DNA from: Octopus sinensis
Taxonomy: Eukaryota
DNA: 64,000 nt
Direction: 5' to 3'
Assembly (NCBI RefSeq): GCF_006345805.1
Contig: NC_043005.1
Coordinates: forward strand, 109,058,001 to 109,122,000
Shown here: in pieces, positions 49,414 through 63,179 of the stretch
Position numbering within the stretch: position 1 is the first letter of the stretch
Layout: each line of letters starts with the position of its first letter
Translations under genes and position numbers: made by a program
The notes under the pieces: model-generated
Told to the model about the DNA's origin: nothing
The model's input: only the letters and a program-made list of their open reading frames with translations
The model's database searches: none

Positions 49414-50044
49414 ATATTTTCCTTTCATTTATTGGTATTGCGCTCTGTCTAGTGCATTTGATTCCTAAATATTTGTAATAATTCTTTGATTTAATTTTCT
49501 TTATCACCTTTTCTTAACCGAACATGATTTCCTTCTTTCCAAGATTCCCTTGGCACATTTTTCTAACTCAATTTTCACCTGAGTTCCTCAAGCAAATCTG
49601 TGTACAAATTGTTTATCATTTGTAACATAAACTTGAAGACGTCCATACACAACAAAGTGATTGATTGTCCTGCTATACCACTGGGGGGTCATTATTATAA
49701 TTAACAGCTGATTTAGAAGAAGTTGTTAAAAAGGACTTCATGACTGAAATTCTTCTAGTGATTTCTTTGACACCAAAGAATGAAGACTGCCAAGTCCTAG
49801 GACAAGGACGTTAAATCTCCCCAATAAATATAGTGACACGAGTACATCATGACAACCAAGCCACAAAATGACCTTTGACATAGAGATTTGTTAAATGAAA
49901 TTAATTGTGATTTGTGTAATTTATTCATGAAATCAACAAAAAATAATGATGCCTTTTTTAATTATATTTTCATTTTTCCAGAGTAACTTTAAATATAAAA
50001 ACGTGGTTTTATTCCTTTTAATTTTGGATTTATTATTCAAAGCA

Positions 50045-50390
50045 AGTCATGTCTGTGAGGTAAGTTTGCTTCCCAACCACATGGTTCTGGCTTCGGTACA
50101 ACTGTGTGACACCTTGAGCAAGTGCCTTGTATTATAACCCATTACATGTGTGTGTGTGTGTGTGTGTATTATTCCCCCCTTGCCTTGATATTACATGGTA
50201 TTTGTAAACAAATGTTATCCTTATGCAAGCTGCATCCTTCATTCATCCTCTATGGAAACACGTTTGATCCTTGCTTGGAAACAGATGAAGGTTGGTGACA
50301 GGAAAAGCATTTGGTCATAGAAAATCTGCTTCAACAAAATTTTGTCAAAGCCATGCAAGCATGGAAAAGTGAATATTAAAACGATGATGA
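50045..50390 (+). mobile_element. Old SINE with an A-like head and a D-like tail
   Basis: CCAACCACATGGTTC head; GGTTGGTGACAGGAAAAGCAT...CCATGCAAGCATGGAAAAGTG...AAAACGATGATGA tail. Confidence 0.65.
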
Positions 50391-51067
50391 AAATCAATTT
50401 AAAAACTTATAAAAATATATTCATCTTGACACCTTTCATTTGTTATTGTTTCAAGTTCTTTTTAAAGAAATTTTCAAAATACTTGAAAATCTTTATAACA
50501 TAGTATTGAAAATATCTATTCCAGATAAATGGTTACATTTGTCAAAGAACACAGTAGAAAATAATGTTGAAGATGTGATTCCTACATTGCAAATTGTAAA
50601 TATGGCTCAGCTATTGGTATTTGCTAAAATTTTGTATCAAGAAAAGCATGTGCAAGAACATACTATTTTGGCAATCCCTATATGGACATACGCTGATGCC
50701 AACGTTATCTTTCATCCCTCTGGGATCAAGTAAGGAACTGATCAAATCCATCCTGACCAAGCAGACTATCCCTCAGGGAAGAGATGACCTGACATGGAAT
50801 AAAAAAAAATTTACATAATGGTATTCTATTGTGAAAATTGTCCAACAACAACAGACAGATCAGCTAGCATCTGATAAAAGTGTTGTTGTGTTTGTTGTCA
50901 CTGAGGCAGAAACCAGAGCAGATCAATTAGATCTATTAATCAAATGCCTTCCAATTATGGCCATCTCATATTTTTAAGAAAATATAGCACTACTTTATCT
51001 AATGTGTCATTTCCTTTTCCAAGACGGGGAGATATATCTGCTGTTTCTAGCAAATCAAATGAACATA

Positions 51068-51110
<43 letters not shown>

Positions 51111-51197
51111 GAAAGCGATAAACTCCCAACAAGGAGGGTCCTTAGCCAGGTCTATTCCCAGTACAACTATTTTGCTCAAATAGTATAAAAGAAGGTA

Positions 51198-51505
51198 AGG
51201 ACCCCCTTTGGTCATGAAGTACCTAGAAAGTTACCCTTCAAGGCACAAGTCCAGCCAAGGTTGTTTATGGAAGACCAACAGCCTCCCCTCTCTACGCCAT
51301 TAATATCATCCAAAGAAAAGGCAAAGGCTGATACGGCTTGGCACCAGTGACATCGCATCTCATTTCTACAGCAGAGTGAAGTGGAGAAACGTGTAATAAA
51401 GTGTCTTGCTCAAAAACACAACAGGCAGCCTGGTCCAGGAATTGAACTCACTCTCTCATGATTGTGAGCTCAATGCTTTAACCACAGAACCATGTGCCTT
51501 CACAT
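51198..51505 (-). mobile_element. SINE family F (diverged)
   Basis: Reverse complement of 33215-33552. Confidence 0.75.
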
Positions 51506-52235
51506 CCCTCAAATAACAGCCTTATGAAATATTTAACCATCAGAAATCTTGCTGCTTTATCCTTGAAGTTGATACTACCAACATCTCCCCACTCATGGAC
51601 ATTTATGCCTACAAAAGACCAACCTACTGACAATATTTCCGAAACTATTGTAATTTACAATAACAGCATCTTATTCTTCCTATCAAAACAGAGTTAAACC
51701 AAATCTTCAATATCTATTTTTTTACAAATGAAAAGAAACCAAGCATCTCAAAAATAAATATAGTGTATATAGCTTAAAACTATCTGTTACCGAAGGTGCA
51801 TTTACAATGTCTAATGTTTTACATTTGTAAACCTACAAAAGTTTATAAAATATTATCATCATCATCATCATCATCATCATCATTATTATTATTATTATTA
51901 TTATCATTATGAGGATCAGCATCATTACCATCATCATCATCATCATCATCATCATATTCATTATTTTGATTTTTTTTTGGCCTGAAGCAAACTCAGATTT
52001 GTTTAGAAATGTAATATAAGACAAACTTCCTTGTTTATATATATGCATGCAGTATATACAGCACACAGTACACACACACACACACACACACACCACACAC
52101 ACACACACACACCACACACACACACATTGCATATTGATTCAAAGAATCAGATGAGTCACTCTGTCTCTAGTTTGGCCTGAACAAACACACGTTCACACAC
52201 ACACACTGCACACACGCACACACACACACACAAAA

Positions 52236-52283
<48 letters not shown>

Positions 52284-52903
52284 GTACACACAAAACAAGC
52301 TTTCGGAAGAGATACAGGTTAACAATCAACTCCAAAGGAATGAATAAACTCTACTGCATGTATTGAGTATTTTTTCTTCTATTTGATTATACAAATATGT
52401 GTGTGTGTGTGTATGTGTGTATGTATGTGTATGTATGTGTGTGTGTGTATGGTGTGAATGTGTGTCTATATGTTCATATATACACACACATACTTATATA
52501 CTTACACACACATGTGCATGTGTTTGTGTGTGTGTATATATATATGTATATATATGTGTGTGTATGTATGTATGTATGTATGCATGTATGTATGTATGTA
52601 TGTATGTATGTATGTATATATATATATATATATATAATTAATTAATAAGGGTGAGAGAATTAGATACTAATTTAATAGCACACACACACGCATAGAGTGA
52701 GAGAGAGTGAGAGGAGATCCAAACATAGAAACAGAGGCTATTATAAAGTGGTTTAAAGGTAAACCTGACAAACCAGAAACCTTAGCAGAAAAGAAGAGAA
52801 AATCTGTTACCACTTTTAAAGTGTTCATGTAGGCTAAGCACCAAAGATAAATGCTAAATGTAAGAATTATAGGAACTCTTATATGTTCTCAAATGTAAAG
52901 TTT

Positions 52904-52981
52904 ATGTCTCTTCATCCCTTGTTGGTGATTCTACCACAAGATATTCAGTAGGATCACCAACAAGATGATACTGAAGAACAT
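52904..52981 (+). ncRNA. pri-miRNA-like hairpin (candidate)
   Basis: 17-bp upper stem CTTGTTGGTGATTCTAC/GTAGGATCACCAACAAG, 13-nt loop, ~10-bp lower stem; no known family recognised. Confidence 0.25.
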
Positions 52982-55199
52982 CATTTCTTGCAGATGCACA
53001 GGATAGCTAGCAGTAAGCACATTTAAGGAGTAAATGCTTCCAAATGCACAGAATGCTTTCTAGAAATAGATAACAACTTTTGCTACCTATAAAACTATGG
53101 ACCCAATCAGCAGTGTAAATGGATTGTATTCTGAATGGATATTAGTCAGCATAAGAACAGAGCAAAAAGTTTCAAGCGGCTATCAACTCTGCTATTAACA
53201 AAGAAATTCTCTGTACAAACTGTGCTGTTGCATGGAAATCAGACATGAGTATTGAATTAAGATGAGCAAAGACATGTGTGTGTGTGAGAGAGAGAAAGTG
53301 AATGGACCCAACATGTTTTGAATTACGTATGTTATAATTCAAAACAGTTTGATTCAGTCCTATGCAGCTTAAACTTTTGTAAGCTTGTTCCGGGACCCTA
53401 CAAAACTTTAAGTTGCATGATACCCCAAGCAACCTAGTGGGCTATCACAACATCAGCACCTGTTCCAGCACTGTTTTACTATATCTCGCTGGTGGGGAGA
53501 TGAATCACTTCTATCTCTAGTAATCAAGTGTCTGTTATTGATGAGACCAAGGAAGGTCAAAATCACATGGTGGTCTCTGAGCTGGAGATGGCACGCATTT
53601 ATCTCCCTGCTAGCAATATAAATAAGAGTGCATTTTGCACCAAAAACCACTAAGAGATTTTCTCTCATGGTATCTACCACAGTATAGTTTGTTCTAACAG
53701 AACATCCACACTTAAGTGGAGATAGATACATGTTAATGTCTGTTTTTATGCTTAGTTATAGAGTCAAAACAATTGAAAATGAAAATTTTAGGAAAATAAA
53801 AATAAGAAATAAGTGGAAATTTTACCGGTGAGTGTGTTACCTTATAAGGCACAAAAAGAAATTGATTCTCCCCAGACACAACAGAATATGCTTCAACACA
53901 CGAACTCATATAAAGAATCTTGCAAACCAAATCCAAAAACAAAATATAGTAAAAACAATTTTACATTAATCTGAAGGATTATTCTATACTTTTGTCAAGT
54001 ATCAAATGTATTGTTCTTAAACAAGAATATTGTTGACAGTGACTATTTAAAGCCAAGATTAATTCTAATACATCAATATAGAAGAGAAGTGAACTACATG
54101 TGTGCATGTGTTACTGTAGATAGAATGACACTCCTAAGAAACTGAAAGTATATTTTTGACATAGACTCTTTAAGTTCCTTCCCACGATAGCCTTCTGGGT
54201 GGGTAGTATCTTGAAATAAGAACTGACACACTGACATTCCTCTTGGAATAATCACTTTAATGGTATTGGTACCGTAAAATACACCTAGTCCATTAATGTA
54301 AAACATATTCAACACCAACATCAGCCAGTTTTCTTTTTAGCCATCTGCCTGTGTGTAATTGAAAGTTGATATGGACTGTGGTGACTGCCTAACAACATGT
54401 CAACAGAGTGGAGTGAGTTCCAATGTGAAATGATGATGAAGATAGTGTTGATGATGAGGATGATGCTGATGACGACAATGACAGCAATGCTTATGATGAC
54501 AGTGACAAGTACGATGATGATGCAGATGTCCTCTGCCTAACATTTCTTATTATTGCCAAATGAAATATGCAAGAATCAGTTTGAAAAAGCAGTTTCATAA
54601 TTCAATAGAAATCATTTACTGAAAGGCAAAAATATTTTTTTTTAAATAATAAATAAAAATTAAATATAATTTCTATTATTGATAAATTTTAAAGAATTTC
54701 AAATGAACTTATATAGCAATTACAACTTTCAATAAGTAAAGCTTTGTTTCAACAGTTTTACCATTCTGAAATTCTGATAATGCTGGGTTTCTTATTAAAT
54801 GGCTTTCTTGTAATGATATTTAAGAATTTTTTAAATCGTTTTTTTTTCTAAACTAAAGAATATATGATAAGGGCACATGGGATGGAGGAGGAATATTTAT
54901 ATTTGCATATATTTATTTGAGAATGTCTTTTAATATATAATATTTTTTTGGTAACTGGTTTTTGTAAATATAAATGCACATACACTACTATATATATTTG
55001 CATGTTTGTCTATACAGATTCCATATATGTATGTATTTATCTGAGTGTATTCATTGCTTTGCATATATATTGAATTTCAGAAATTTTTCATTATTCTTTT
55101 TAATGTTGTGAAAACCTAAATGAGATATTTCAAAGAAATAAATTCTGTGGAATTTCTTAAAATATCTCTTAAATAAAAGTATTGTGTTAGAATAGACAC

Positions 55200-55236
<37 letters not shown>

Positions 55237-55769
55237 CACACACACACGCATACACACATATACACACACGCACTTGCATGCACATATGTATATATACATA
55301 CAAACATGCAGGCACAAACACATGCATATACATTTTAATGTGTGTGTGTATGTGCGTGTGTATATATACTTATACACACACACACACGCACACACAAATA
55401 TATATATATATATACATACACACACACACATTAAAACATTATGTCTGTATTTATGTGTGTGTGTGTCTGTGTATGTATCCACAAGCACTACATTTATTTG
55501 AGAGATTTTTAAAAAATATAAAAGTGTGTGTGTGTGTGTTTTATATTAAATCAATATGTATTTCATAAAATTGAGATTTAAAAAAAGTTTTTCTATTCAG
55601 TACAAAATGCATAGAAGAGAACAGAGAACTGACACAGAATTTCTTTCAAGGAACACCATGCAAAGAAAGTCTCTCTCTCTTTCTAATTATATATATATAT
55701 ATAGAGAGAGAGAGGAGGGGTGGAGAGAGATGCATATCCTTGTGCATACATACATACATATGTATATGC

Positions 55770-55805
<36 letters not shown>

Positions 55806-55991
55806 GGAGAGAGAGATGCATATCCGTGTGCATACATGCATACGTAGAAAAGCAATATATGCACTTGGAAATATTTCATAGTTAGAGGAAAACAAAAGAT
55901 AGCATAATAACAAAACTAATAACAGAATCCCTTCTTTATTGGCCACAAGAACACATATAATAAAAACCTTGGGAGTAACGTCCAAATATTT

Positions 55992-56220
55992 ATTTCTTTA
56001 CTACCCACAAGGGGCTAAACATAAAGGGGATAAACAAGGACAGACAAACGGATTACAATGGATTACATCGACCCCAGTGCGAAACTGGTACTTTATTTAT
56101 CGACCCTGAAAAGATGAAAGGCAAAGTCGACCTCGGCGGAATTTGAACTCAGAATGTAGCGGCAGGCAAAATACTGCTAAGCATTTCACCCGGCGTGCTA
56201 ACGTTTCTGCCAGCTCGCCA
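55992..56220 (-). mobile_element. SINE family C with 11-bp TSD
   Basis: TCCAAATATTT at 55981 and 56221. Confidence 0.88.
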
Positions 56221-57659
56221 TCCAAATATTTAAATTATGATTGATCAGTGATACAAATACGTAATACAGCATATTGAAACAGGTTAAAAATTTGGTACAC
56301 ACATATATAAAGGCAACCCACAACGAATGAGGTGAGAAAACCCCAGTTGTTATGGTCAGGACACTCCATGACCACCATCACATTCCACTGTAATAATCTT
56401 CTGCTGAAAGGGTTCTCAACATCAGCCCAGAGCAGCTTAACTATTAACCAAACTCCAAGGTTAACTTGCTTCCTTTGGCTGGTGGTTCTTTGACCATCAA
56501 TAGGACTTTTCTGTGGTTTTTACCCAACCATCTACATTTTGAAGAGTTGGATGCATTTTCCCAATCTCCTTCTTTCAACTAACACAGTATTTCTCTTGTT
56601 TCTTTTGCTTTCTCGGCAAACTCATTAGATCCTGGTTTTCATTTACAATAACAATTAAAATTCAAGTCCTCCAGTGGCATGTCTTCGTTTTTGCAAGGGA
56701 CTTACTTGCTTTCAGTAGGGACTCAATGAAATTCTGGATTGATGCTGACAACGATGGAAATGGTTGTTACTTTTCTCCAGGTTGAAATTTAACAAATCTT
56801 TTCATTAAAGTCTTGCCATTGTCAGCCTCTTCTCTTTTTCTCTGTTCCTTTTAGTAAGCTTGGTCGTTATGGAGTTCAGGTTCACACAAATGTTGTAAGT
56901 AGACTTTCTGTAGTACACTACAAGTGTGACCAATCTCATTGCCAGTCTCACTAAGCAGTATAACTTTAGGATAGCATTTTTAGTCATTGAGACAGGGTCA
57001 TCAGAACCTAATTATTTATGCAGACATCACATGGGCACATGCTGCGAGTGATCTCAGCACACATGACTTACCAGTACTTTTGAATAAGGGTGACTTTGAT
57101 TTAAGAGTTCACATCTGTACCATTGCCTCTGGCTGTCACTCTTACACTTCTCCTACCAGTGAGGTAGTTCGGTCATCATGCCTTGCTTCAGTTGAGATTG
57201 AATAATAATAATTTTGTCCTATTGTAAAAGAGAAATAAAAGATTCAAAGCCTGATCCCTGCTTGATCCCTGCCCACCATCTTAGTTCATCTTTAGTCACT
57301 TTGATTGCATTTTTATGTTCCTAAATCTTGTTGATGGACCATAAAACCTCCAGCTCCTATTTCGAGAACACATGAAAATTTCAGTATACTTTTAGAAAAC
57401 AAAATATGTTACTTTCCTCTTATTTTTTCCTTGGGCAAATATCATTGGCAGCTTGACAGAAACCGATGAGCTGGGGGGCTGTTCTACCCCTATGTCTGCT
57501 TCGGCATGGTTTCTGTGGTTTAGACGCCCTTTTTAATGCCAACAACTTAAAAGAGTTTTGACAAATGACAAGTCCCTTAACCCCTTAGGGCGTTGGGGCA
57601 TTACATGCATGCAGTGTACCTAGAGCAAGAAAGCCTGGCCAAACCCATCCCTCATCAGG

Positions 57660-57962
57660 CTAAACTCATTTCTACAGCTGAATGGACCAGAGCAATATGA
57701 AATGAAGTGTTTTAATCAAGAACACAATTGATAGCCTGATCCTGGGATCAAAACTGCAATCTTACAGTCGTGAATCAAACAGCCTAACCAGCAAGTGATG
57801 GGCCTCCACTAGTGGAACCCATTTCTACAGCTGAGTGGACTGGAGCAACATGATGAGAAATATTTTGCTCAAGAACACAGCACATCCTCTGGTCCAGGAA
57901 TCAAAACCACAACCTTATGATCATGAGACCAACACCTTAACCACTAAGCAACGTATCTCCAC
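57660..57962 (-). mobile_element. Two tandem degraded tRNA-SINE heads (B2/F-like)
   Basis: CATTTCTACAGCTGA.TGGAC..GAGCAA motif twice; similar old heads at 16830-17040 and 40840-41025. Confidence 0.6.
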
Positions 57963-58061
57963 CTAACAGAGTGTATTGGTGATTTTACAAGGTACCACCA
58001 CGAGTGAGGTTGACATGTATGTATATGTATATCTGAATATAAGTGTATATACATATATATA

Positions 58062-58465
58062 TACTCTTTTACTCTTTTACTTGTTTCAGTCATTTGACTG
58101 CGGCCATGCTGGAGCACTGCCTTTAATTGAGTAACTCGACACCGGGACTTATTCTTTGTAAGCCCAGTACTTATTCTATCAGTCTCTTTTTGCTGAACTA
58201 CTAAGTGACGGGGACATAAACACACCAGCATCGGTTGTCAAGCGATGTTGGATGGGACAAACACAGACACACAAACATACATGCACACACACATATACAT
58301 ATATACAATGGGCTTCTTTCTGTTTCCGTCTGCCAAATCTACTCACAAGGCTTTGGTCGGCTCGAGGCTATAGTAGAAGAGACTTGCCCAAGGTGCCACG
58401 CAGTGGGACTGAACCCGGAACCATGTGGTTGATAAACAAGCTATTTACCACACAGCCACTCCTGC
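58062..58465 (-). mobile_element. SINE family A
   Basis: Full-length reverse complement. Confidence 0.9.
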
Positions 58466-58489
58466 GCTTGTAACTCACAAGACTAAACA

Positions 58490-58785
58490 AAACCCCTTTT
58501 TTGAGTGTGAAATAAATAGGGAAGGAAGCAGCTCTATGCTATGTGCTTGGGAGTAAAAGCGTGATAGAAGGAACAGAAATAGGTTTTTTAATGTAGATAA
58601 GCTACATGGTTACTCTAAATTACATGTGGGTGGGTAGGATCAAGTGGGGTGGAGGTAGAAAGAGCAAAAAATATGGTGATGACAAGGTGTGAGGGCATAG
58701 CCTCAAGGAGCAGAAGGTGAACTGAAGAAAATGTGGGGGACAGGAAGTAGAAGATAAGAAAGAGCAGGTTGGTAAAGTTTACAAA
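58490..58785 (-). pseudogene. Possible highly degraded Penelope RT fragment
   Basis: Purine-rich + strand; minus translation FVNFTN...VITI...LSTST..DPTHPH loosely follows the PLE RT/thumb pattern. 33560-34080 has a similar character. Confidence 0.3.
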
Positions 58786-59687
58786 ACTGGGGATATGTGT
58801 GTGTGTGTGTACATTATATCTATATGTGTGTGTATGTGTGCATATATATCATCGTTGTCATCATTATTGTAATGACAATGATGATGATGATGATGTGTGT
58901 GTGTGTTTGTGAGTGTGTGCATGCATGTGTATATAGTCTTGTATGCATGAATGTAAAAGTACACATTCATAAATAGGGATATGAAAGGGGTGTGAAAAAA
59001 GAGACGGGAGAGGGGCATACAGTTCATTTACATCATTAAAAAGCACATAAGAAACACAAAGTTTTTCTTGATATCCGCAGTGATAGATGTAAATATAAGT
59101 ATATGAATTTCAATATGATGTTCAGGTGAAATTTAAAAATAAATTGCATATGAATTGAAAATATTAACTTTGTATATTGGAAAACTGATGTACATTATAC
59201 ATATCGTTATGCATTGAAATTGAATAATGCATTAGAAAAAAAAATAGGTGTTTAATTATATACATCCATATATATGTGTAACTATATTTTTCGATATCTG
59301 TCTATTATACACAGATATATATATGTGTGTGTTTTTATATGTAAACCATTTCTGTTATGTATGTATATATATATATATATATACACATATAAATTTATAC
59401 ATGCACACACAGAAATGTAAAGAAAATATATAAGTTTATATGCATACACGACATATTTTCTTAAACACATATATGAATACATATATTCATATGTGTGGGT
59501 GGGTGTGGGGGGTATATATCTACATATATACTTAGAAAAAAATGGAGAATTTAAACCTAATTGAATTTCAGGAAAAATATGTCTAATAGAACATTCTATT
59601 GAAAATATTGAATAAAAATGGAATCCATTCAAGACATTTGTTCATATCAATTGAGTATTTTGTGTAAAATAAAAGTGTGTTATATGT

Positions 59688-59728
<41 letters not shown>

Positions 59729-60410
59729 GTGTGTGAGTGTATAAGCATGTAGAATTATATGGCTATATGTATGAAGTACAAGTCTTCTTTTTTTAATATT
59801 TCTATAACCAGATACACATCGGTAAGAATCATGTATGTATAATTACCAACATTCAATTCAATGAAAATTAAGAATTTGTTTTTTTATTAATTTCAATAAC
59901 GAATATATATTTCAATTTCCACTTTATATATACATTGTTGTACACAATAGAAAATTTTATAGTGTTTTGTATGGCTATATATAAATGTATATGTGTGTGT
60001 ATATATGTATATAATATACTTACATATATGCGTGCGCATATGTCTGAATAGGCATGTATATGTACACTAGTATCGATTGATTTGTATATATGTATATATC
60101 TATATATCTATATATACACATACACATTGTATAGAATATTTAAATTGTTGATTGAAATGGTGGACCATATACAGCTTCTTCCATCTACCATTCTTTGTTC
60201 TGGCACTAATTTTAGATGTGTCTTCTTTTGAAGAGAACTATTCCAGTTGTTTCACTGAACAGTTTCAAGAATGAAGTGTAAGATGCAAAAAAATTTGAGT
60301 GAAGAAACCTGAAAATACAATACCAAATTCTTTTGCTATTATTAATCCTTACAATGTCTTAGAATGTTTATGAAATCACTTCAAATTTGTAAAAATAATA
60401 TATATATATA

Positions 60411-60460
<50 letters not shown>

Positions 60461-60464
60461 TATA

Positions 60465-60511
<47 letters not shown>

Positions 60512-60522
60512 CATATATAGCC

Positions 60523-60726
60523 GTAGGAGTGGCTGTGTGGTGAGTAGCTTGTTTACCAACCACATGGTTCCGGGTTCAGTCCCACTGCGTGGCATCTTGG
60601 GCAAGTGTCTTCTATTATAGCCTTGGGCTGACCAATGCCTTGTGAGTGGATTTGGTAGACAGAAACTGAAAGAAGCCCGTCGTATATATGTACATATATG
60701 TGTATGTGTGCGTGTGTTTGTGTGTG
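60523..60726 (+). mobile_element. SINE family A, 5' half only
   Basis: Ends in its internal (TG)n. Confidence 0.85.
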
Positions 60727-60954
60727 TGTTGTATGGAAAGCATCATTTCTATAAGAGGAATGTAAATTGTACTGCTAACTGAGTGTTCCCAATATTACTG
60801 GTTCACACACTAATGGTAATGTTTTATGTCCAGTTTATCTGGTTGCTATCAGGTGGTGGTGGTGGTTGTATTGGTGATTGAGACAATGGCTGCTGCTACT
60901 ATTGTTACTGTTGTTGTTGCTGTACTGTTGCTGCTGCTGCTTTGTTTGTTTGTT

Positions 60955-61320
60955 TGTTTGTTGAGCGAAGCGGTCTTCGTCCCAGAGTGGGAGAAGTCCA
61001 AAACGTGGTCCTTTGCTATTCGTATGACCCACAGAAGAGAAAGCAGGTCAACCCCCAACACTGAGAGCATGGACAGATGGATGAATGCGCATCCAGGTTC
61101 AGCCGTTGCATAGGAAGTCGGGGACAAGAAACAGGAAGAAAGAGTAAGAGAAAGTTGGAGCGAAAGTGTACAACAGGGGTCGCTACCACCCCCTGAGGGA
61201 GCCTTGTGGAGCTTTAGGTGTTTTCACTCAATAAACACACACAACACCCGGTCTGGGAATCGAAACCACAATCCTCTGACTGCGAGTCCACTGCCCTAAC
61301 CACTAGGCCATTGCGCCTCC
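60955..61320 (-). mobile_element. SINE with B1 head and a different tail ending in (AAAC)n
   Basis: Head and 5' body homologous to 4071-4270; 3' part unrelated to the B module. Confidence 0.8.
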
Positions 61321-61431
61321 TCTTGCTGCTGTTGCTGTTGCTGTTGTTGTTGTTGTGAAGCAACAAGACGGATAAGGTGATTAGGTGATGGTCTAGGGCT
61401 TAGGGGCGGGATGAAGTGTGAGGGAAACAAA

Positions 61432-61792
61432 AACATATTGCAGAAAGTACTCCTTCCAATCTTCCCCAGCGATAAAATGAGACTTTTTAATTATGGAAGA
61501 TGGGATTCCCTGTCACATGGCTAAAAGGGCCCAAGATTGGTTAGAAGAGACAGGTATTAAAAAGCTTCCATGGCCAAGCCAGTCACCAGATATGAACCCT
61601 ATTGAATACCTTTGCGAAATTATTGACGGGACACTTTGTAAAATGAAAGCAACTTCAAAGCTAGATCTTTTGAGATTCTTGCATGAAACTTGACAAGTAA
61701 TTCCTGAAGAGAATAATCGTCATCTGATCAGTAGCATGCCTAACAGGGTTCTTGCACTGAAAAATAGAAAGGCTATGTCTGCTAAATATTAG
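61432..61792 (+). pseudogene. Tc1 (DD34E) transposase C-terminal fragment
   Basis: MEDGIPCH...WPSQSPDMNPIE (34 residues D to E) ...LISSMPNRVLAL...SAKY*; internal TGA at 61691. Confidence 0.88.
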
Positions 61793-61834
61793 ACATTCAC
61801 ATTATAATAATAAATAATTTGAATTCTCATAGGT

Positions 61835-62051
61835 GTAGGAGTGGCTGTGTGGTAAGTAGCTTGCTTACTAACTACATGGTTCCGGTTTCAGTCCTACTGC
61901 GTGGCAACTTGGTCAAGTGTCTTCTACTATAGCCTTGAGCCGACCAAAGCCTTGTGAGTGGATTTGGTAGATGGAAACTGAAAGAAGCCTATCTTATATA
62001 GGTATATATATGTATAAGTGTCTGTGTTTGTACCCCCAATATCGCTTGACA
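61835..62051 (+). mobile_element. SINE family A, truncated
   Basis: Stops at ATCGCTTGACA, where a Helitron-like sequence abuts. Confidence 0.85.
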
Positions 62052-62323
62052 TGGTTCACACAACACAGACAAACAGACAACTTGCTTTTTAATATATAAG
62101 ATTAAACATGTACTGTTGCATAGACGTGGGGGGTTCAAATACTAGGCGAATTAAGAGTAGTCTATTTATGTTGGGGGCACGGAATTTCGAGGAAAGAGTT
62201 ATAAGAAAAAGCGTGCTAAGTCAAAGAGAGCACACATGTCAAATTTGGTGAAATTCAGTTCAAAATTGTAGGAGTAGAAGTGGTTCACACAACACACAGA
62301 CAACTTGGCTTTTAATATATAAG

Positions 62324-62326
<3 letters not shown>
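62051..62326 (-). mobile_element. Probable non-autonomous Helitron-type 5' ends (two in tandem)
   Basis: Minus strand A|TCTTATATATTAAAAGCCAAGTTGTCTGTGTG... occurs twice (from about 62323 and 62103), resembling TC-start Helitron-N termini. Confidence 0.5.
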
Positions 62327-62354
<28 letters not shown>

Positions 62355-62674
62355 TATACATACATATATATACATTAAAAAAATTATATATATATGTGTG
62401 TATATAGTTTTATATATATGTATGTATGCATATAATATACATACACACATATGCTTGCATACACTTACACACACATGTATATATGTATCTATACTGTTTA
62501 GTGTCTGTTTATTGATGGCTTCACCAGTATATTTGTGAGTCACTGATACTTTTATATAGAATAAGTTGTTTGAAGAACATTTTCCTCATAGCAAGATACT
62601 TCAAGATTTTTGTTGCTAACAAGCTACAGTATATAAAATATGTACATACAAATAAATGTGCATGTGTGCGTATG

Positions 62675-62679
<5 letters not shown>

Positions 62680-62724
<45 letters not shown>

Positions 62725-62875
62725 ATATATTATATATATATATATAATATATGTATATATATATATATATAATATATATATATGTATGTGTATATATGTA
62801 TATATATATATATATTATATATATATATATATATATATGTGTATATATATATATGTATATATATGTGTATATATA

Positions 62876-62926
<51 letters not shown>

Positions 62927-62945
62927 CAACTATATATATATATGC
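62680..62945. repeat. (TA)n field
   Basis: Direct reading. Confidence 0.95.
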
Positions 62946-63179
62946 ATGCAGATATGTGTGTGTGTATCTGTTAACATTTACAGATATAGAAATCGACAGA
63001 CATACAATTCCATATACATGAAAATTACACTCGCCAATATTCATTGTAATGTTTCAAATTTTGTAGCTATTTGCCAAAGTTATGAAATACAATGTTTACT
63101 CAAAGTTATAAGTGTGACATTAGTCATTAGTGCAGTAATTCTATCCAAATAATGGTAAGTAATGGCACTAAAAACTGAC

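Noticed and set aside
50540-50670. ShKT-like cysteine pattern (CDSYIANCKYGSAIGIC*NFVSRKACART) in an alternative frame
   Set aside because: Requires ignoring stops, a frameshift and two missing cysteines.
54430-54530. Acidic low-complexity coding stretch
   Set aside because: A degenerate (GAT)n microsatellite, preceded by an in-frame stop.
56300-57200. Possible degraded non-LTR retrotransposon N-terminal region
   Set aside because: No diagnostic motif could be read with confidence.
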